DNA from: the human T2T-CHM13v2.0 reference genome, Homo sapiens
Assembly (NCBI RefSeq): GCF_009914755.1
Contig: NC_060936.1
Direction: 5' to 3' (one strand)
DNA length: 64,000 bases
The first letter of the stretch is position 1. Each line of letters opens with the position of its first letter. The notes under the pieces are model-generated. The model saw only the letters and a program-made list of their open reading frames with translations. It made no database searches and was not told the origin of the DNA. This document shows, one piece after another, positions 26,901-40,784 of the stretch. The position numbers and the translations under genes were made by a program.

Positions 26901-27975
26901 CTGTGGCTGAGATAGTACCAAAGCTTCAAGACAAAGTACCCTTTACTCTTCCATCTGCTTTTTTCAAGTAGAAGGATTCCCTCCTCGTAGTCAACACAGT
27001 TGGGAATGTGCTGGGTCACACTCGAAGCCAGCAAGTCTCTGAGTCTCATCCAGGGTACTATCTGGGTAACACTGCTGATTATTCAGGACCAAAGGGCCCT
27101 TTAGTCAGCAGGTGATGAATCCTGCCAGTACTGGTTTCTGCCCTTCAAGGAATCAGGTTTCCTTCTGGCCTAAGGTGTGTCTAGAAATGTCCTGGAGGTA
27201 AAGCCTGGAGTCAGGGCCTCAGGACTCTGCCTAGGGCCCTATCCTACTGTGGCTGAGCCTGTATTGGAGTTGCAAGACGAAGTCCTCTTTACTTTTCCTT
27301 CTCTTCTCCTCAAGCTGAAGGAGTCTCTCCCAGATCTGTGGGCTGCACCGCCTGCGGTTCTGTCACAAGCACTCCCTTGGCTACCCTAGCTGGTGTCTCA
27401 CTAGGTTGCATGACTCCCAAGTCCACTGGCTCCAATCCCAGCACGGCACCAGGACTTGCCCAAGAATTGCGGTCCTTGTGGGCTAAACTGCCTTTCACAT
27501 GTGATTAGGACCCCAGAGCACTTTAGCTTATGGTGGTGAGGCTTGCCAGAACTCAGTTCCCGACTGCTAGGATGGGCAATTCCCGTCTGGCTAGCGACAG
27601 TCTAAATAGTCCCTCCGTTGGCACTGGCTGAGTTGTGCCCAGTGTTTCCACTGTGGCAAGGCAGCCCTGAGTTCCAATGCAAATTCCCACAGTCACTGGA
27701 CTCTCTCTCCCTCAACTGCACAGATTTTCTCTCTATGCCATTTGGCTGCTGCTGGCGGATGGGAGAGGGGTGGCATCAGCAATTCAAGACTGTTTTTCTT
27801 ATCTTCTTCAGTGCCTCTTTCAGTTATGTGAAGTAAAAACCAGGTACTGTGATCCCTCACTTGATACTTGGTTCTTATGAAGATGCTTTTTTGTGTGTAG
27901 ATAGTTGTTCAATTTGGTGTTCCTGTGGGGAAGACAACCAATAGAGGCTTCTATTTGACCATCTTGCTCTGCCTA
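20940..27975 (-). mobile_element. Near-full-length L1MA2/3-type LINE-1, ORF1 and ORF2 decayed
   Basis: L1MA 3'UTR at 20940. ORF2 peptides at 23141-25025, ORF1 peptide at 26269-26745. 5' start AGGCAGAGCAAGATGGTCAAATAGAAGCC on the minus strand. Confidence 0.93.
22288..22992 (-). mobile_element. 5'-truncated L1PA3/4-type insertion nested in the L1MA
   Basis: ORF2 C-terminus ([26 protein letters not shown]). TSD tgatttttgtatatgtca (22270 / 22991). Confidence 0.95.
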
Positions 27976-28339
27976 ACCTCAAAGTTCAGAATTTTAACAG
28001 CTTCAAGGACATACTTAAGTACATCTGAAAGTTTTTTTTTTTTTTAACTAAAAACTCATGACAGTGAAGAATGTAATGAGTACTATTCAGTTAGATGTCA
28101 CTGCTTTTATTTCTGCGAAAATGTAAGACATTATTTGGCAGTACCAGTGCAAATATCTACCCAGTTAGAAGAGTAAATACCATCTTAGTGTTATTATCAA
28201 AATATTCTGAACTCATGAACCTCCTCAGACTGTTGCTGGGACTCCCAGATATCAATACTCTGAGAACCACTGATCTAATGTTTCTTTAGTCAGTTTCTAT
28301 TTGTTCTCTAGTATAACCAAGCATAAAAGTAATATACTT

Positions 28340-29140
28340 CCGCCTCTCTCTCCCCCAACTGACTTTAGTCAATAGTACTATCTTTCTTCATATTTACCTT
28401 TGTATTGTTAAATATGCTCAAACATCTATTAATTGATCTGCCAGCATGAAATGATATCCTTTGACTCTAGAGATTACGTATGAGGTAATCAGCAAATTTA
28501 CTATACCTTCAACCTTCATCCTTCTTCCTCCCCAAATTTCCATTAGTTCTATCATTTCTACATTGTCAGAATGTAAACATTACATTCTGTTCTGTTCCTT
28601 CAATTCCTACATTTGTTTTAACTTTAGTGTTTGTTGCCCATTCATTTGCCATGGTTTCAATATTTGCCTTGTCTGGCTGAACTTCAGTCTGTAGTTGTTT
28701 TCCATAGAAATACTTATGAAAACACTACTTCTGAGATTTTATATGTGTCTTTTGAAATATGCTTTGGCTATATATTAAAACCTTTGTGCAAACTTTCTTT
28801 TCTTGAGTATCATGTACTTACGATACTTCCTTGAGGATTTTTCTTCATTTTTGAAGTCTAGTATCTTTGAGAGGATATGTTGGGTTGATAATTCTAGTCA
28901 ATTTTGCCTGGTCCATTACTTTATATCTCTTCTTTGAATCTCAGTTGTATATATATTGGAACTTTTTAACTTTATCTTCTTTTTCTATGTTTATCTCCAA
29001 ATTTTTATACTCTTATTCTTTTCCCCACTTTCCCAATTTGTATTCTCGATATACCACGTTGTATTTTTCCTGAAAAGCTTAGAGGAACACTGTACTTTAT
29101 TTATCAGGGAAAATGCTTACAGTCATAGGGATTTTTCTTT
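28340..29140 (-). mobile_element. Highly diverged L1 fragment
   Basis: T-rich, L1 inter-ORF/ORF1-like antisense motifs. Confidence 0.45.
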
Positions 29141-29144
29141 CATC

Positions 29145-29435
29145 TTTTTTTTTTTTTTTTTTTTTTGAGACAGGGACTCACTTTATCACCCAGACTGGGG
29201 TGCAGTGGCATAATCGTGGCTCACTGCAGTCTCAAACTCCCCATCTCCCCACTTCAGCCTCCCCAGTAGCTGGGACTACCGTAGTGTACTACCATGCCCA
29301 ACTAATTTTTGTATTTTTTGTAGAGACTAGGTTTTGCCATGTTGCCCAGGCTGGCCTTGAACCCTTGGGCTCAAGTGATCTGCCTGCCTTGGCTTCCCAA
29401 AGTGCTAAGATTACAGATGTGAGCCACCGCACCTG
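29145..29435 (-). mobile_element. AluJ SINE
   Basis: gctcactgcagtctcaaactcc, ggctcaagtgatctgcctgccttggc. Confidence 0.92.
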
Positions 29436-29580
29436 CTCACTTTCTTTATCTTAAGTCAAGCCCAGCAGAAACATAAACCATAAGAAGTCTTAGGAAGAAG
29501 GAATTAGTCAGTGCTAAGTAGTATCTGACATCCTAGACAATTCAGTTTCTTAATGATGTCATGAGAGATCCCATTTCTAG

Positions 29581-29685
29581 GAACTCAGAAGCAGATGTGG
29601 AGACTCATTTTTTTTTTCCCTCAACATTGATGGTGATAGTAGTAGTGCTGGTGGGAACATTAAATATGTTGAAGCCGCAATTCTG
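29581..29685 (+). pseudogene. Fossil exon 6 (phase 0-0): ELRSRCGDSFFFSLNIDGDSSSAGGNIKYVEAAIL
   Basis: Acceptor cccatttctag, donor CTG|gtaggt, 35 open codons. Confidence 0.7.
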
Positions 29686-30214
29686 GTAGGTTTTTCAGCT
29701 TTGCATATCCAATTCTTATTTGGGTATGAAATCCAAAGGTGTAGCCTTGTAACCGTAGATCCAAATTCAAATCTCCAATCCAGTTTAGCTATAATAAAGC
29801 TAGTATTTAGGTCTGTCAGACTCTTGCATTGATATCTCAGTTGTTTCTGAACTTACCTGAGTATAAGAGTTAAAGTGAGAATCCCACTTCCAAACCTCAA
29901 AACTCCTCCTCAGTGTAACTGCTTTCTCTGAAGCCTCAATTTTTTCAGGTGTAAAATGAGACTTAATGTTTAGCGAGCTAAGGAATATATAGCTCTTATT
30001 CCAATGCCAAATATGTATTTTCTTAACAAAATATTAGCACCACCTGCCTCCTTACCCCAAATATATACCATACTTTCTCTCGAAGAAAAGAGAAAGTGTT
30101 TTTAGGCTCAGCTGTGGTTTCAAAAGTTGAGTTGTAGAACTTTTTTAATAGATTTTTTCTGAATATTATGTTCAGGCACTATCTTTCAGGCACTATGCTA
30201 AAGTCTTAGAATTG

Positions 30215-30590
30215 AGCGAAGAAAATTAAAACAATTGAACTCATGGAGATAGAGAGTAGAATGATAGTTACCAGAGGCTGGGGAGGGTGTTGCAGGGGAA
30301 GTGGAGATGGTTAATAGGTACAAAAATATAGCTAGAGAGACTAAATAAGACCTAGTATTAGATAGCACAACATGGTGACTACGGTCAACAATAACTTATT
30401 GTACATTTCAAAATAAGTAAAGTACGATAATTAGATTGCTTGTAACACAAAGAAAGAGTAAACGGTGGAGGTGATGAGTACTCCATTTACCCTGATATGA
30501 TTATTACACATTGTATGCCTGTATCAAAATATCTCATGTATACTGTAAATATATATATGTATTATGTACCCACAAAAATTAAAAATTAAG
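30215..30590 (+). mobile_element. L1MA3/4-type 3' end
   Basis: gaactcatggagatagagagtagaatgatagttaccagaggctggg..tgtacccacaaaaattaaaaattaa. Confidence 0.9.
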
Positions 30591-30594
30591 CGTT

Positions 30595-33460
30595 TCTGTT
30601 GGTCTAAATTCTCACCAGTGACTGGTATTATCAGTTTTAAAAAAAATTTAGTTGACCTTTTCTAACAGGTATGTAGTGGTATCTCGTTGTTATAATTAGC
30701 ATTTCTCTAATGACAATGTTGAGAATCTTTTCCTATCTTTATTTACATCTGTATATCCTGGTATGGAGTTGATCAGATCAATTTTAATGAAGTTGTTTGT
30801 TTTCTTTTGTTGAATTTTAAGACCACATTCTATATTTTGGATATAATTCCTTTGTCAGATATGTGTTGTGCAAATATTTTCTTCCAGTCTGCAGCTTGTC
30901 TTTTTATTCTATGCCAGTGTCTTTTGCAGAGATGAAGTTTTACATTTTAATACGTTTTTTCTTAACAATTTTTTATTCCATTGATCCTTCTTTTAGTATT
31001 GTATCCAAAATCATATCATCAAACCCAAGATTGAATAGATTTTCTCCTAAAAGTTTTATAGTTTTGTATTTTACATTTAGGTCTGTATTTGGATTTGAAT
31101 AAATTTCAAGATAAGATATAAAGTGTATGTCTAGGTTTATTATTTTGCTATGGATGTGTAATTGTTTCAGCATCATCTGTCAAAAGGCTGTCTTGTCTCC
31201 AAAGAATTATCTTTGAAACTTTGCCAAAAATAAGTTGACTATATTTGTGTGATATGTCTAGCTTCTCTCTTGTTCCATTGATGTATGTACCTAGTCTTTC
31301 ACCAATACTATGCTATTTTGATTATTATATCTTTAAGTCTTGAAATCAGATTGTGTGAGTCCTCTTTTTTCTTCTTCAGTATTATAGAAATTTTTTAGGT
31401 GTTTAGCCTTTTCATATAAATGTTAGAATCAATTTGTTTATATTTACAAAATAGTTTGCTAGCCTTTGGATTTGAATTGTATTGAATCTGTAAGTCAGCT
31501 TGAGAAAAAACTGACATCTTACCAGTCTTGTATATTCCAAATCATTAAGACAGAATATACTCCCATTTATTTTAACCTTCTTTGATTTCTTTCATGAGAT
31601 ATTTGTAGTTTCTGCATACAGATTCTGTATATATGTTATTAGATTAATGCCATCTTCAGATGGCTATTACAAATGGTATTTTTAAATTTCAAATATTAAT
31701 TGTTCATTGTTGTATAAGAGAACAGTTGACTTTTGTATATTGACCTTCTATTTCATACTGGCTTACTAGTTTATAGAGGTTGTTTTGTAGATTCTTTCAG
31801 GGTTTTCTACAAAACCATGTCATCTGCAAATAAACAGTTTTATTTCCTCTTTCAAATAGGATATTTTTTATTTCTTTTTCTTATATTAATGCACAACAAG
31901 GACCTCCAATACAATATTGAATACGAGTGGTGACAGGGGATACCCTTGCCTTATACCCTGTCTTAGGGATAATGCATTTAGTCTGTCACCATTAAGTATT
32001 ATGTTAGCTGTAGGATTTTTTGTAGATGTTTTTCAAGCTGACAAAGTCCTCCTCTAGTCCTAGTTTGCAAATGATTTTATCATAAATTGGTTGGATTTTA
32101 TCAAGTGCTTTTTCTCTGTCATCCCTTGACATGATCATTTGATTTTTCTTATTTAACTTGTGAATATGATAGACCACATAAATTGATATTATAATGTCAA
32201 TTTCAGCATTGCATATTTGGAGTAAATCCTACTTGGTGATGGAATATAATTGTTTTTATACACTGCTGTATTAGATTTGCTAATATTTTGTTGAGAATGT
32301 TGGCATCCATGTCCATGAAAACTACATTAATCTGTAGTTTTCTTGTTGTGTTTTATCTGGCCTTGGTCTTCTGATGTATTGCTGCCCTTATGAAATGAGT
32401 CGAAAGTATTCTCTCTGCTTTTATGGAAAAGATTGTCGATACTTGGCATTATTTTTTCTTTAAATGTTCATGGGAACTCATTAGTGAAACCATATGGGCT
32501 ATTGTGCTTTATTTTTAGAAGGTTATTAATTATTGACCCAATTTATTTAATAGATATAGCACTATTAAGGTTATCTATTTCATTTTGTGTGAGTTTCAGC
32601 AGTTTGTTTTTCAAGAAATTGGTCCATTTCATCTAAATTAACAAATTTGTTTGTATAGAATTGTTCATATAATTTCTTTGTAATCATTTTAATGTCTATG
32701 ATATCAGTAAATGATTTATCTTGCATTTCTGATCTTGGTAATGATATTGGTAACAAATACCAATCACAGACATTAAAATGATATCATAGACATTAAAACA
32801 CTTTAGTGCATATGTATGCATGTGTGTGTGTCTGTCTGTCTCCATCTCTTTCTTGGCTCATCTGGTTAGAGTCTTATCAATTTTATTTATCTTTTTAAAG
32901 AACCATCCTTTGGTTTAGCAGACCATCTATTTTTTTCTCCTGTTTTCAATTTCATTGATTTCTGCTCAAATTTTTAGTATTTTTCTTTGTGATTTATATT
33001 TAAATTGTTCTTTTTTCTCCAGTTTTCTGAGTGGAAGCTTAGTTTATTGATTTTAGATTTTCCTTTTTTATAAAATATGTCACTAATACTATAAGTTTAC
33101 CTCCAAGTACTGCTTTTGCCACATTAAACACATTTTGATAAAAGGTATTTTCACTTTCATTTACTTGAAAATATCTTTAGAATTTCTCTTGAGACTTCAT
33201 TAACCCATGAGTTTTGGAAGTGTGTCGATTAACTTCCAATTACTTGGGTTTTTTCAGCTATCTTTCAGTTACTGATTTCTAGTTTAATTCCATTGTGTTC
33301 AGAGAGTATACATTCTATGTTTTCTCTTCCTTTAAATTTGTTAAGGTATGTTTTATAGACCAGAATTTGATCTATCTTGGTAAATGTTTCATGCGCACTA
33401 AAGAAGAAGGTATATTCTACTGTTGTTGAGTCAAAGAGTCTATAAAAAAATGACAACTAG
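30595..33460 (-). mobile_element. L1MB/MC-type ORF2 fragment
   Basis: Minus-strand peptides EYTFFFSAHETFTKIDQIL (endonuclease domain) and DLNVKYKTIKLLGENL. Confidence 0.88.
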
Positions 33461-33761
33461 GTTAAGGGAAATATGAGGATGTTTCTGAAAAGAAACTGAG
33501 ATAGAATCTGATAATATGTGCAATGAGGCTAGTAAATGAATAAATCAGGACCCAAAATGAAATAAGTCAGGAGCCAAATTGTGGAGCTCGTGGTCACTGG
33601 CCTATGATTTCTCCCAGAATAAGGACTAGAAAAAAAGAATGGATGAAAACTGAGAGTTTTCAGAATTGGAGAGTGGCAAGTGTATTAACAATGATACGTT
33701 AAGAGAATGATGACACATTTCATGTGTGAATGTCAGTGTGTGTGTATTTCATGTTTGACAG

Positions 33762-33819
33762 AATTTGGAAAAGAAATACGTTCAAAAAGTTTTAAAAACA
33801 TTGGCTTCTGTTTGTGTTT
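33762..33819 (+). pseudogene. Fossil exon 7 (phase 0-1): NLEKKYVQKVLKTLASVCV(Y)
   Basis: Acceptor tatttcatgtttgacag, donor T|gtaaat. It supplies exactly the phase change needed between exons 6 and 8. Confidence 0.7.
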
Positions 33820-34199
33820 GTAAATGACCTAAATAATTCCTGGGCTACAAACTGAGAAATTGATTTATTATCTTTCCCACACCTTTATGTCCATTTGATT
33901 GCCAGTTTGAGATAGAGATCACAGATTATTAGATAAAGTGCAGCAATATGATTTAACACAAATTTATTTCTGCCTTGGGGCTGGATACAAAACTTTTGCC
34001 CCATCATGACCTTTTACCTCTGAGCCCTTGGCATTCTTCTGTAATCCCAGTCCACAGTACACTCTCACACCCCCCGTTTTTCCACAGCCTTATTGCAGTT
34101 AGCTTCAATCTTACTTCTTCTCTGGTGGTTCTTCTCACTAAACCTTCAAACATTTTTCCCAGAACTTTTGAAAACCTCCATTTTGCTAGCAATCAATAT

Positions 34200-35640
34200 T
34201 CTCTTTAATCTCAGTCTAATGTTTTCTTTAAATAATATTTCTACCTCTTACACTAAACTGGTACTTGGACTACACAGATTATACCACCTTTTGGGGTCTG
34301 CTACTATCCATAGCCATTCTCTAATCTAGAAAGTTCATACCATTTGATGATAACTGCATTTCCCATCCTTATCTTTATCACAGTGATTAGGTGCTGTCTT
34401 TCCTCTGATTTATCAGGGACTTTAACAACTAAATCACTGTAATCCTCTCTAGTCCATGATACTGGACAGCTTTCAGCATGTCTACAGCTGGTACACTTGA
34501 TACCCAATCGTCTCACTTTTTGTGACCTTCTCTATTTTAATGGTCATTGCCTCCTCTCCATGTTAGCAATCCACATACTTGGCTACACCTTACAAGTTAT
34601 TTTCATCCCAAAATAACTTTAAACAAGTTTTAACATATGAAATTCTCCTGGCCTTTTATTTTTCTGCCTGTGCCATGACTCCGCTTCCCCTGAACTTACC
34701 TTTATTTCATGTCAACCTCCAGGACCTTGGCTTCTTACTCATTTCCAACTGGAGTAGAGTATATCTACTCCAATTATATTCACCTTTTTATCCATCTAGC
34801 CTAAGCTTTTTGACTTTCCATTTCAACCTTATTCTCACTTTCACCCTTGCTATTTTGATTACATCTCTTATCCTACCTTCTGAATCATCAGCAAGGGGCA
34901 AAGCAAGCTACCTCCTTTCTCCTTGCATGGCACTGATGTTGACAAACATTACTAAACGGGATAATTGGTTTCACCTAAAATCCCCTAGGGATGCTCAATA
35001 TTTATTTTCCTCTTATCCAATCCAATTCCTTCTTGCCATCCCTGTCATTTTGTCATTGTATATATTACACATTATAATTTTCTTTTACTTTATTCAAGTC
35101 CCTAAGCATGACTCTTATTCACAACTGATATCTTCCTAATTTTTTAGAGAGAGGATGACTACAGTGCCTAATATGGCTCTGTATTTACTCACATCTTCTT
35201 CCATCTTTTCCAAAAATGAATCATTTCCACTTCCCTGATTTATCCCCCTTCAAATCTTTTCTCAATAGCATTAATTTAAAATGTTAATTATTATTATTGT
35301 CATTAATTATCTAATCTCACCTTTAAATCTTTTATTCCATTTTTCTCTTGATTCTTTTTCTCAAACTACAAACATATTGAAGTCTCACTTTGTTTTTAAA
35401 GAACACTTCTTTCCATGATCTTTCTTTCCTCTTACGCCACCTTTCCTTTTCTTTTCTTTTGTCTTGGAAGTGTTATCTACATTTTCTTCTGCCACTGAAA
35501 GAGAGAGAACTCCGACACCAATGTGTGGATTGGATGAGTTGTCAGTGATAGTTACCTTGGTTTTCTGTCACTGTTTATTGAGTCTCCAGTAATCGAACTT
35601 CAACTCCTACAACTTTGTTGTAACTGGACTCTTGATAGTT
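34200..35640 (+). mobile_element. Very old L2 relic
   Basis: C/T-rich L2 ORF2-like stretches (ggtcattgcctcctctccatgttagcaatccacatac). Confidence 0.55.
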
Positions 35641-35874
35641 GCCATTAATCTCCTAATTTGTAAACATAATGATGAGAAGATAATGTTTTGCTACTATATG
35701 CTGATTTTTCTATTCTTCTAAGTTCATGTGTGAATATAGAGTATAGTCAAACAAGGCAAAAATATAAAGAAGCGGCCTACCTCATGAACTAGAGATTTAA
35801 ATATTGCTGTACTTGACTTCTGTGTGATAATCACTTTAACATACCTTTATTCTCAGAACTGTAAACAGGATCCC

Positions 35875-36055
35875 AAAAGCAAGACAGACCTGGGCTCAAA
35901 TCCCTGGCTCTGTCACTTACTACTTTTGACTTTAGCTAACTACTCTTACCTTTTGTTTTCTCATCTGTAAAGTGTTTATAATATCCTTTCCCAGAGTGGC
36001 TGTGATATTAAATAATGTGCAAAAATGCCTTGCTCTCCAAGTAAGCACTGAACAG
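35875..36055 (+). mobile_element. MIR SINE
   Basis: gacagacctgggctcaaatccctggctctgtcacttact..ttttctcatctgtaaagtg. Confidence 0.85.
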
Positions 36056-36100
36056 AAGTTGTTTCCTTTTTTATCTCCTGCTTTTACCTCTCCCTTTAAG

Positions 36101-36162
36101 ATGGATTTGCTTCCCGTGATATGTCTTATCATGTTTTGTACACTCTACTTTTTAAGCAAACA
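36101..36162 (+). pseudogene. Fossil exon 8 (phase 1-0): GFASRDMSYHVLYTLLFKQT
   Basis: Long polypyrimidine tract ending ccctttaag, donor ACA|gtgagt, open frame. Confidence 0.8.
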
Positions 36163-36762
36163 GTGAGTGACCAATGAAGAAGTTTCTACAATTTCCCCTG
36201 AGATAGTGTTTTACAGATTAAGAGATCTCATTGCTGTGGAATGTTTCCTGATCTTTGGCTGAAGTAAATAGCTCACTAGTACCATATATAGAAAATTATG
36301 ATGAGCAGAGTTTATGACTTGATACTTTACCATCAACTATGGACAAAGAAATGTTAGGTTGCATTTTAAATCACTGTCTTGAACCACTATCACCCAATTT
36401 TTTTTCGTATGGTATTTATTTTGTTTATTCTCATTATGAGAACTAGCTATTTCCCTAGGTGAATTTTAAATTAACATGTAAGATTTAATCATTTTAAGTA
36501 ATTTTTTAAGATGTCTCTTTCTCTTGATCATTATAGCACCCTCTAGAGAATATCTCATATATTGTTTATCCCTTGTTTATTATGTTCAATAAAACTTAAC
36601 ATTATGAATATGATTCTAAATAAAAACTAACAGAAGGCATTTCATTATTTTGTGGTATAAGGTTTTAAGATTTTGTGTACGACATTGTATTTCAGCCAGC
36701 AATTATTGGCCAGTATTCACTGAATATATATTTGTTCCTTTATATTTATTAATCTCATTTAG

Positions 36763-37053
36763 ACTTCTGGCTTTAGAATTCTGGCTTTATGGAGTTGTCC
36801 TTTAACTTTAAATAAGAGAGGCTTAATGGTCAACTTTTTGCTATGTTGGTTTTACTATACAGTTTCACCATATTTCCCTTTCAGTATGTCCTGAGATAAA
36901 ATTTGTTATGGACTTATGTTTAATTAGACAAAGTGAAATGAGGTAATTATTTTGTGACTTCGATCAATGGAAATAAACACCCTGGATAATTGAAGGCCCA
37001 TTTCCCACTTTTTCTTTAATAACATTTACTGAAAAGTCACAGTGAATTTTTAG
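36763..37053 (+). pseudogene. Fossil exon 9 (phase 0-0): TSGFRILALWSCPLTLNKRGLMVNFLLCWFYYTVSPYFPFSMS*DKICYGLMFN*TK*NEVIIL*LRSMEINTLDN*RPISHFFFNNIY*KVTVNF*
   Basis: Acceptor tatttattaatctcatttag, donor TAG|gtaatt, 291 nt (multiple of 3). Five TGA and two TAG in frame. Confidence 0.65.
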
Positions 37054-37742
37054 GTAATTGTCTCAATCTTCTTCCATGTGCCTGAGTAAACGTAGCTAAT
37101 GGGTCTGTTTTACATAATAAAATGTTACAGAAAATTCAAAACATAAGCCTGGCAGGGACTTCCAGAGGTCATCTGGAGCACCTCGCTTCCTCTGAGCAGG
37201 CTTCCTATACATTTTTCTTCTAAAGAGAATGCCTGTTTCTTGGTTCAGATTTGCAGATGACACACAAGGCTGAAAGATCTAGAAAAAAATAATTGTGAGT
37301 TAAAACAACGTTTAGGAAATGGGGATGCTCTATCAGCGTTATAAAGATGAAATTAATAGGAATAAATAAGTTCTATATGTCACTTCAAATTTCAGTCGTA
37401 TATGTACAAAGTGTGGGACAGGAATAGGGAGGAATAACAAGGTAGGGGGAAGAAGGCGGCTGGATCAAAGCTTGTACTGTGGCCATGTTTCAGAGTATTA
37501 AACTGATGTGCTGGTTTCCACCTCACCTAAGGCGACCATTTATCCTCCCAATCTAGCAGTAGAATGAATGATCATCTACTGCTGTAGAGACAGACAGTTC
37601 ACCAGGGAGAGCAAACGTGCCATATACTTAGCTTATATGTTCAAATGACACTATTAATAGAGTGTGAACTGAAGAACAGTCTTTCTTTTGCTTCCTCTTT
37701 TCCCATATGAAAGACTCTTAGCTACAGGGAAACAAGAGCTCA

Positions 37743-38144
<402 letters not shown>

Positions 38145-38479
38145 TCAGTGTAGTTGGGATCGTTGATTCTCTTATTCTTATTGGTATCAATTGTAAGCCA
38201 AGCATTACCTCTACTTCCTACACCCAAAAAATCATCTCACGTTTAAGAAGAAGGTAGGAGGTTGTCTAAATCCACCCTTGCTTACTGTTCTTCTGAATTA
38301 TATGTTCCACCCACCTTGCCTTCATTTTTGTGGGACCAGACCACTATTGATTTTACTCCTGATCTTGTCCTAAATTAATGAATAGCAGAACTTCTAACGG
38401 CAACTATTTATATGCTGCTACTTGCATAATAGCATCTGTATCACACAGTCATCATGGGGCAAGCTTCCCTTCTCTGAAT

Positions 38480-38940
38480 ACCCCTGTCTTCTCTTCACCA
38501 CACCATCAGGTAAAGTTGTATGGTTTAATCAGACCTGGCTGAATGGCTGGGGTAAACAAAGGAGGATGCTTTTCTGGTTTTTGCATCTTCCCAGATTTGC
38601 TTGACCCACTCTCCCCTTAGTTCTAGCCACTTGCTCAGTAGAGAACTTTAGCTGCCTTCCTATTTGCCTTCCTCATCTTCTACTGCCTCACCAGGTAAGG
38701 TCGGGGTTTTGGCACAACCTTCATCACGCCCACCAACCTGGGAACCATAGTGGCTTCGGCACCCAAGTCTAACTTAACTGGACCAACAGAGACTCTACCT
38801 CTTTATACCACTTTCCAATTCAGATGAAACACATCAACTCTGAGAGTGGGATCTGGCTTCCTGGAGTGCCCAGGTACACAAGTGGGAAATGCAGAGGCAT
38901 TAATGCCCATGCAATGAATTGAACTTGGACTCACATAGTG
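38480..38940 (+). mobile_element. Probable ERVL LTR16-like fragment
   Basis: gggaaatgcagaggcattaatgcccatg resembles the LTR16 core. Confidence 0.4.
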
Positions 38941-39552
38941 CAGGACACTGAAAAGGCTAATATTAAAACTTTACACTTTTATCACATCTGTAGCCTTCTT
39001 TCCACCCTATCATATTCAGGAGATGAATTTTTACCTCTGCTTCATGTAGAAAATTCATTAATTTATTTTCAATGTTTCAAATATATGAGTACCCACTAGT
39101 GGCTGGCAATTATTATGTAGTAAGCAACAAATAGAAACTCTATCATATGGGAACTCCCTCAGTCTTCTACTACCAAATCTATAAATCTGGTTATATCTGC
39201 TGCCATTCACCCTCATGTCCCCTTATACTTCATCCACCATAGCTGAAACCGATGGATATGTGGAGCTGCAAGGAAGGCTGAGAAATTTAACCCTGGAAAG
39301 GCAAATGGGGTAGTCATGGTTGGTTTTAACCAAATGATATTTGTTTTCTGGGAATTAGTACATTGTTCCTATGTATAAAATCAGAGTTTTGTTACCAAAA
39401 CAGGTTGTAGAACTATCCCTGTAGGTAATAACAAAGAGGGCATCTGTGGCTGAGGATTTGCATCACTGTTGCATTTTAGCAGCACGCTCAATCATGGCTC
39501 AGAGTCATTGTTCTATGAACCTTTGTACGTTCCATATATTTCTCCAATTTTA

Positions 39553-39905
<353 letters not shown>

Positions 39906-40023
39906 AAAATCCTAAAGCAACCATCAAAACTGCAGCAGATTTTGACTCCCAATTGAGAAAGATAAACATGGCAACACATCTTCCATCAGCTCTTTCTCTC
40001 CTCGAAAAATAATAATTTCTTAG

Positions 40024-40294
40024 GAATCTGTGAGGCTATTGCAGTTAAGACCGGAAAGCATTTTCTAGATGATGATGTAATGAGGACATTTTTAATACTT
40101 CCTCAATTTGGCAAATCCTTATAATGCTACATGCCTAGTTTTCCCACCGTAACAATCAGTTCAGAACTAGGAATTATGAAATTGTAACTCAAATTGTGGC
40201 AAGACTTCCACAATGATTTTCTGTATATTCCAGAAACCATAGTGGTTTGGGTCTACCGGACCACTATTATTTATACCACTTTTCTACCGGTTTG
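40024..40294 (+). pseudogene. Fossil exon 10 (phase 0-0, internal frameshifts): ESVRLLQLRPESI / FLDDDVMRTFLILPQFGKSL*CYMPSFPTVTISSELGIMKL*LKLWQDFHNDFLYI / NHSGLGLPDHYYLYHFSTGL
   Basis: Acceptor aataatttcttag, donor TTG|gtaatc, locally CpG-enriched. 271 nt, so a frameshift is required. The internal frame path is uncertain. Confidence 0.6.
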
Positions 40295-40784
40295 GTAATC
40301 ATGGTGAAAATTTTTTCCTGATCCAACCTAATGTGAATATTTTAATCTGAGCTATAGCTGAGTACTTAACTGCAGACCTGAAATCTTGGTTGATAATTCC
40401 TCAGGGATAACCCTAGTAAAATTAGGCCCCCTCAATGTTCACTCTTCAAGTGGAGTCATATTAAAAGGCAACACACATGAATTCTGGAACCCTTGAAGAA
40501 TAGTGTCAGTCTTCAAGGCAGATTTTTTTTCCCAAGGGAGCAGGCAATATACAACACAGAAAAAGTAATTCTCTTGAGACATTACTCCACCCCTGCCTTT
40601 AATTTTCACTCTCATGAACCAGTAAGAAATATTCCCTTTCTCTCTGGCCTCCAAGCAGATGCCCTTACTCATTTCTGCATTTTCTACAAGCATAGATATA
40701 GCATTATACTCAAACTCCTACTGCTCTGAAGTCTCATTATCTTCCTGGCTGCACTCATCACGTCTAATGTGGAACTGCTCTTGC

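Larger units (their letters stand above)
19831..28272. mobile_element. Charlie1a-type hAT transposon (19831-20935 plus 27985-28272) split by an L1MA
   Basis: TIRs ttgtggttctcaaag and ctctgagaaccactg. Degenerate 8-bp TSD gtttaatg / atctaatg. Confidence 0.85.

Noticed and set aside
34579-35139. 186-aa hydrophobic ORF
   Set aside because: T-rich old L2-like sequence, non-ATG start, no fitting splice signals.
36101-36885. Alternative hydrophobic frames (MDLLPVICLIMF.., FAMLVLLYSFTIFPF) suggesting an ABCA-like membrane protein
   Set aside because: They need extra frameshifts and break the phase chain with exon 7; T-rich DNA readily gives hydrophobic translations.
38621-38694. Exon-like segment with strong donor CAG|gtaagg
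   Set aside because: Lies in probable LTR-derived DNA, and its open frame (phase 1-0) does not fit between exons 9 and 10.
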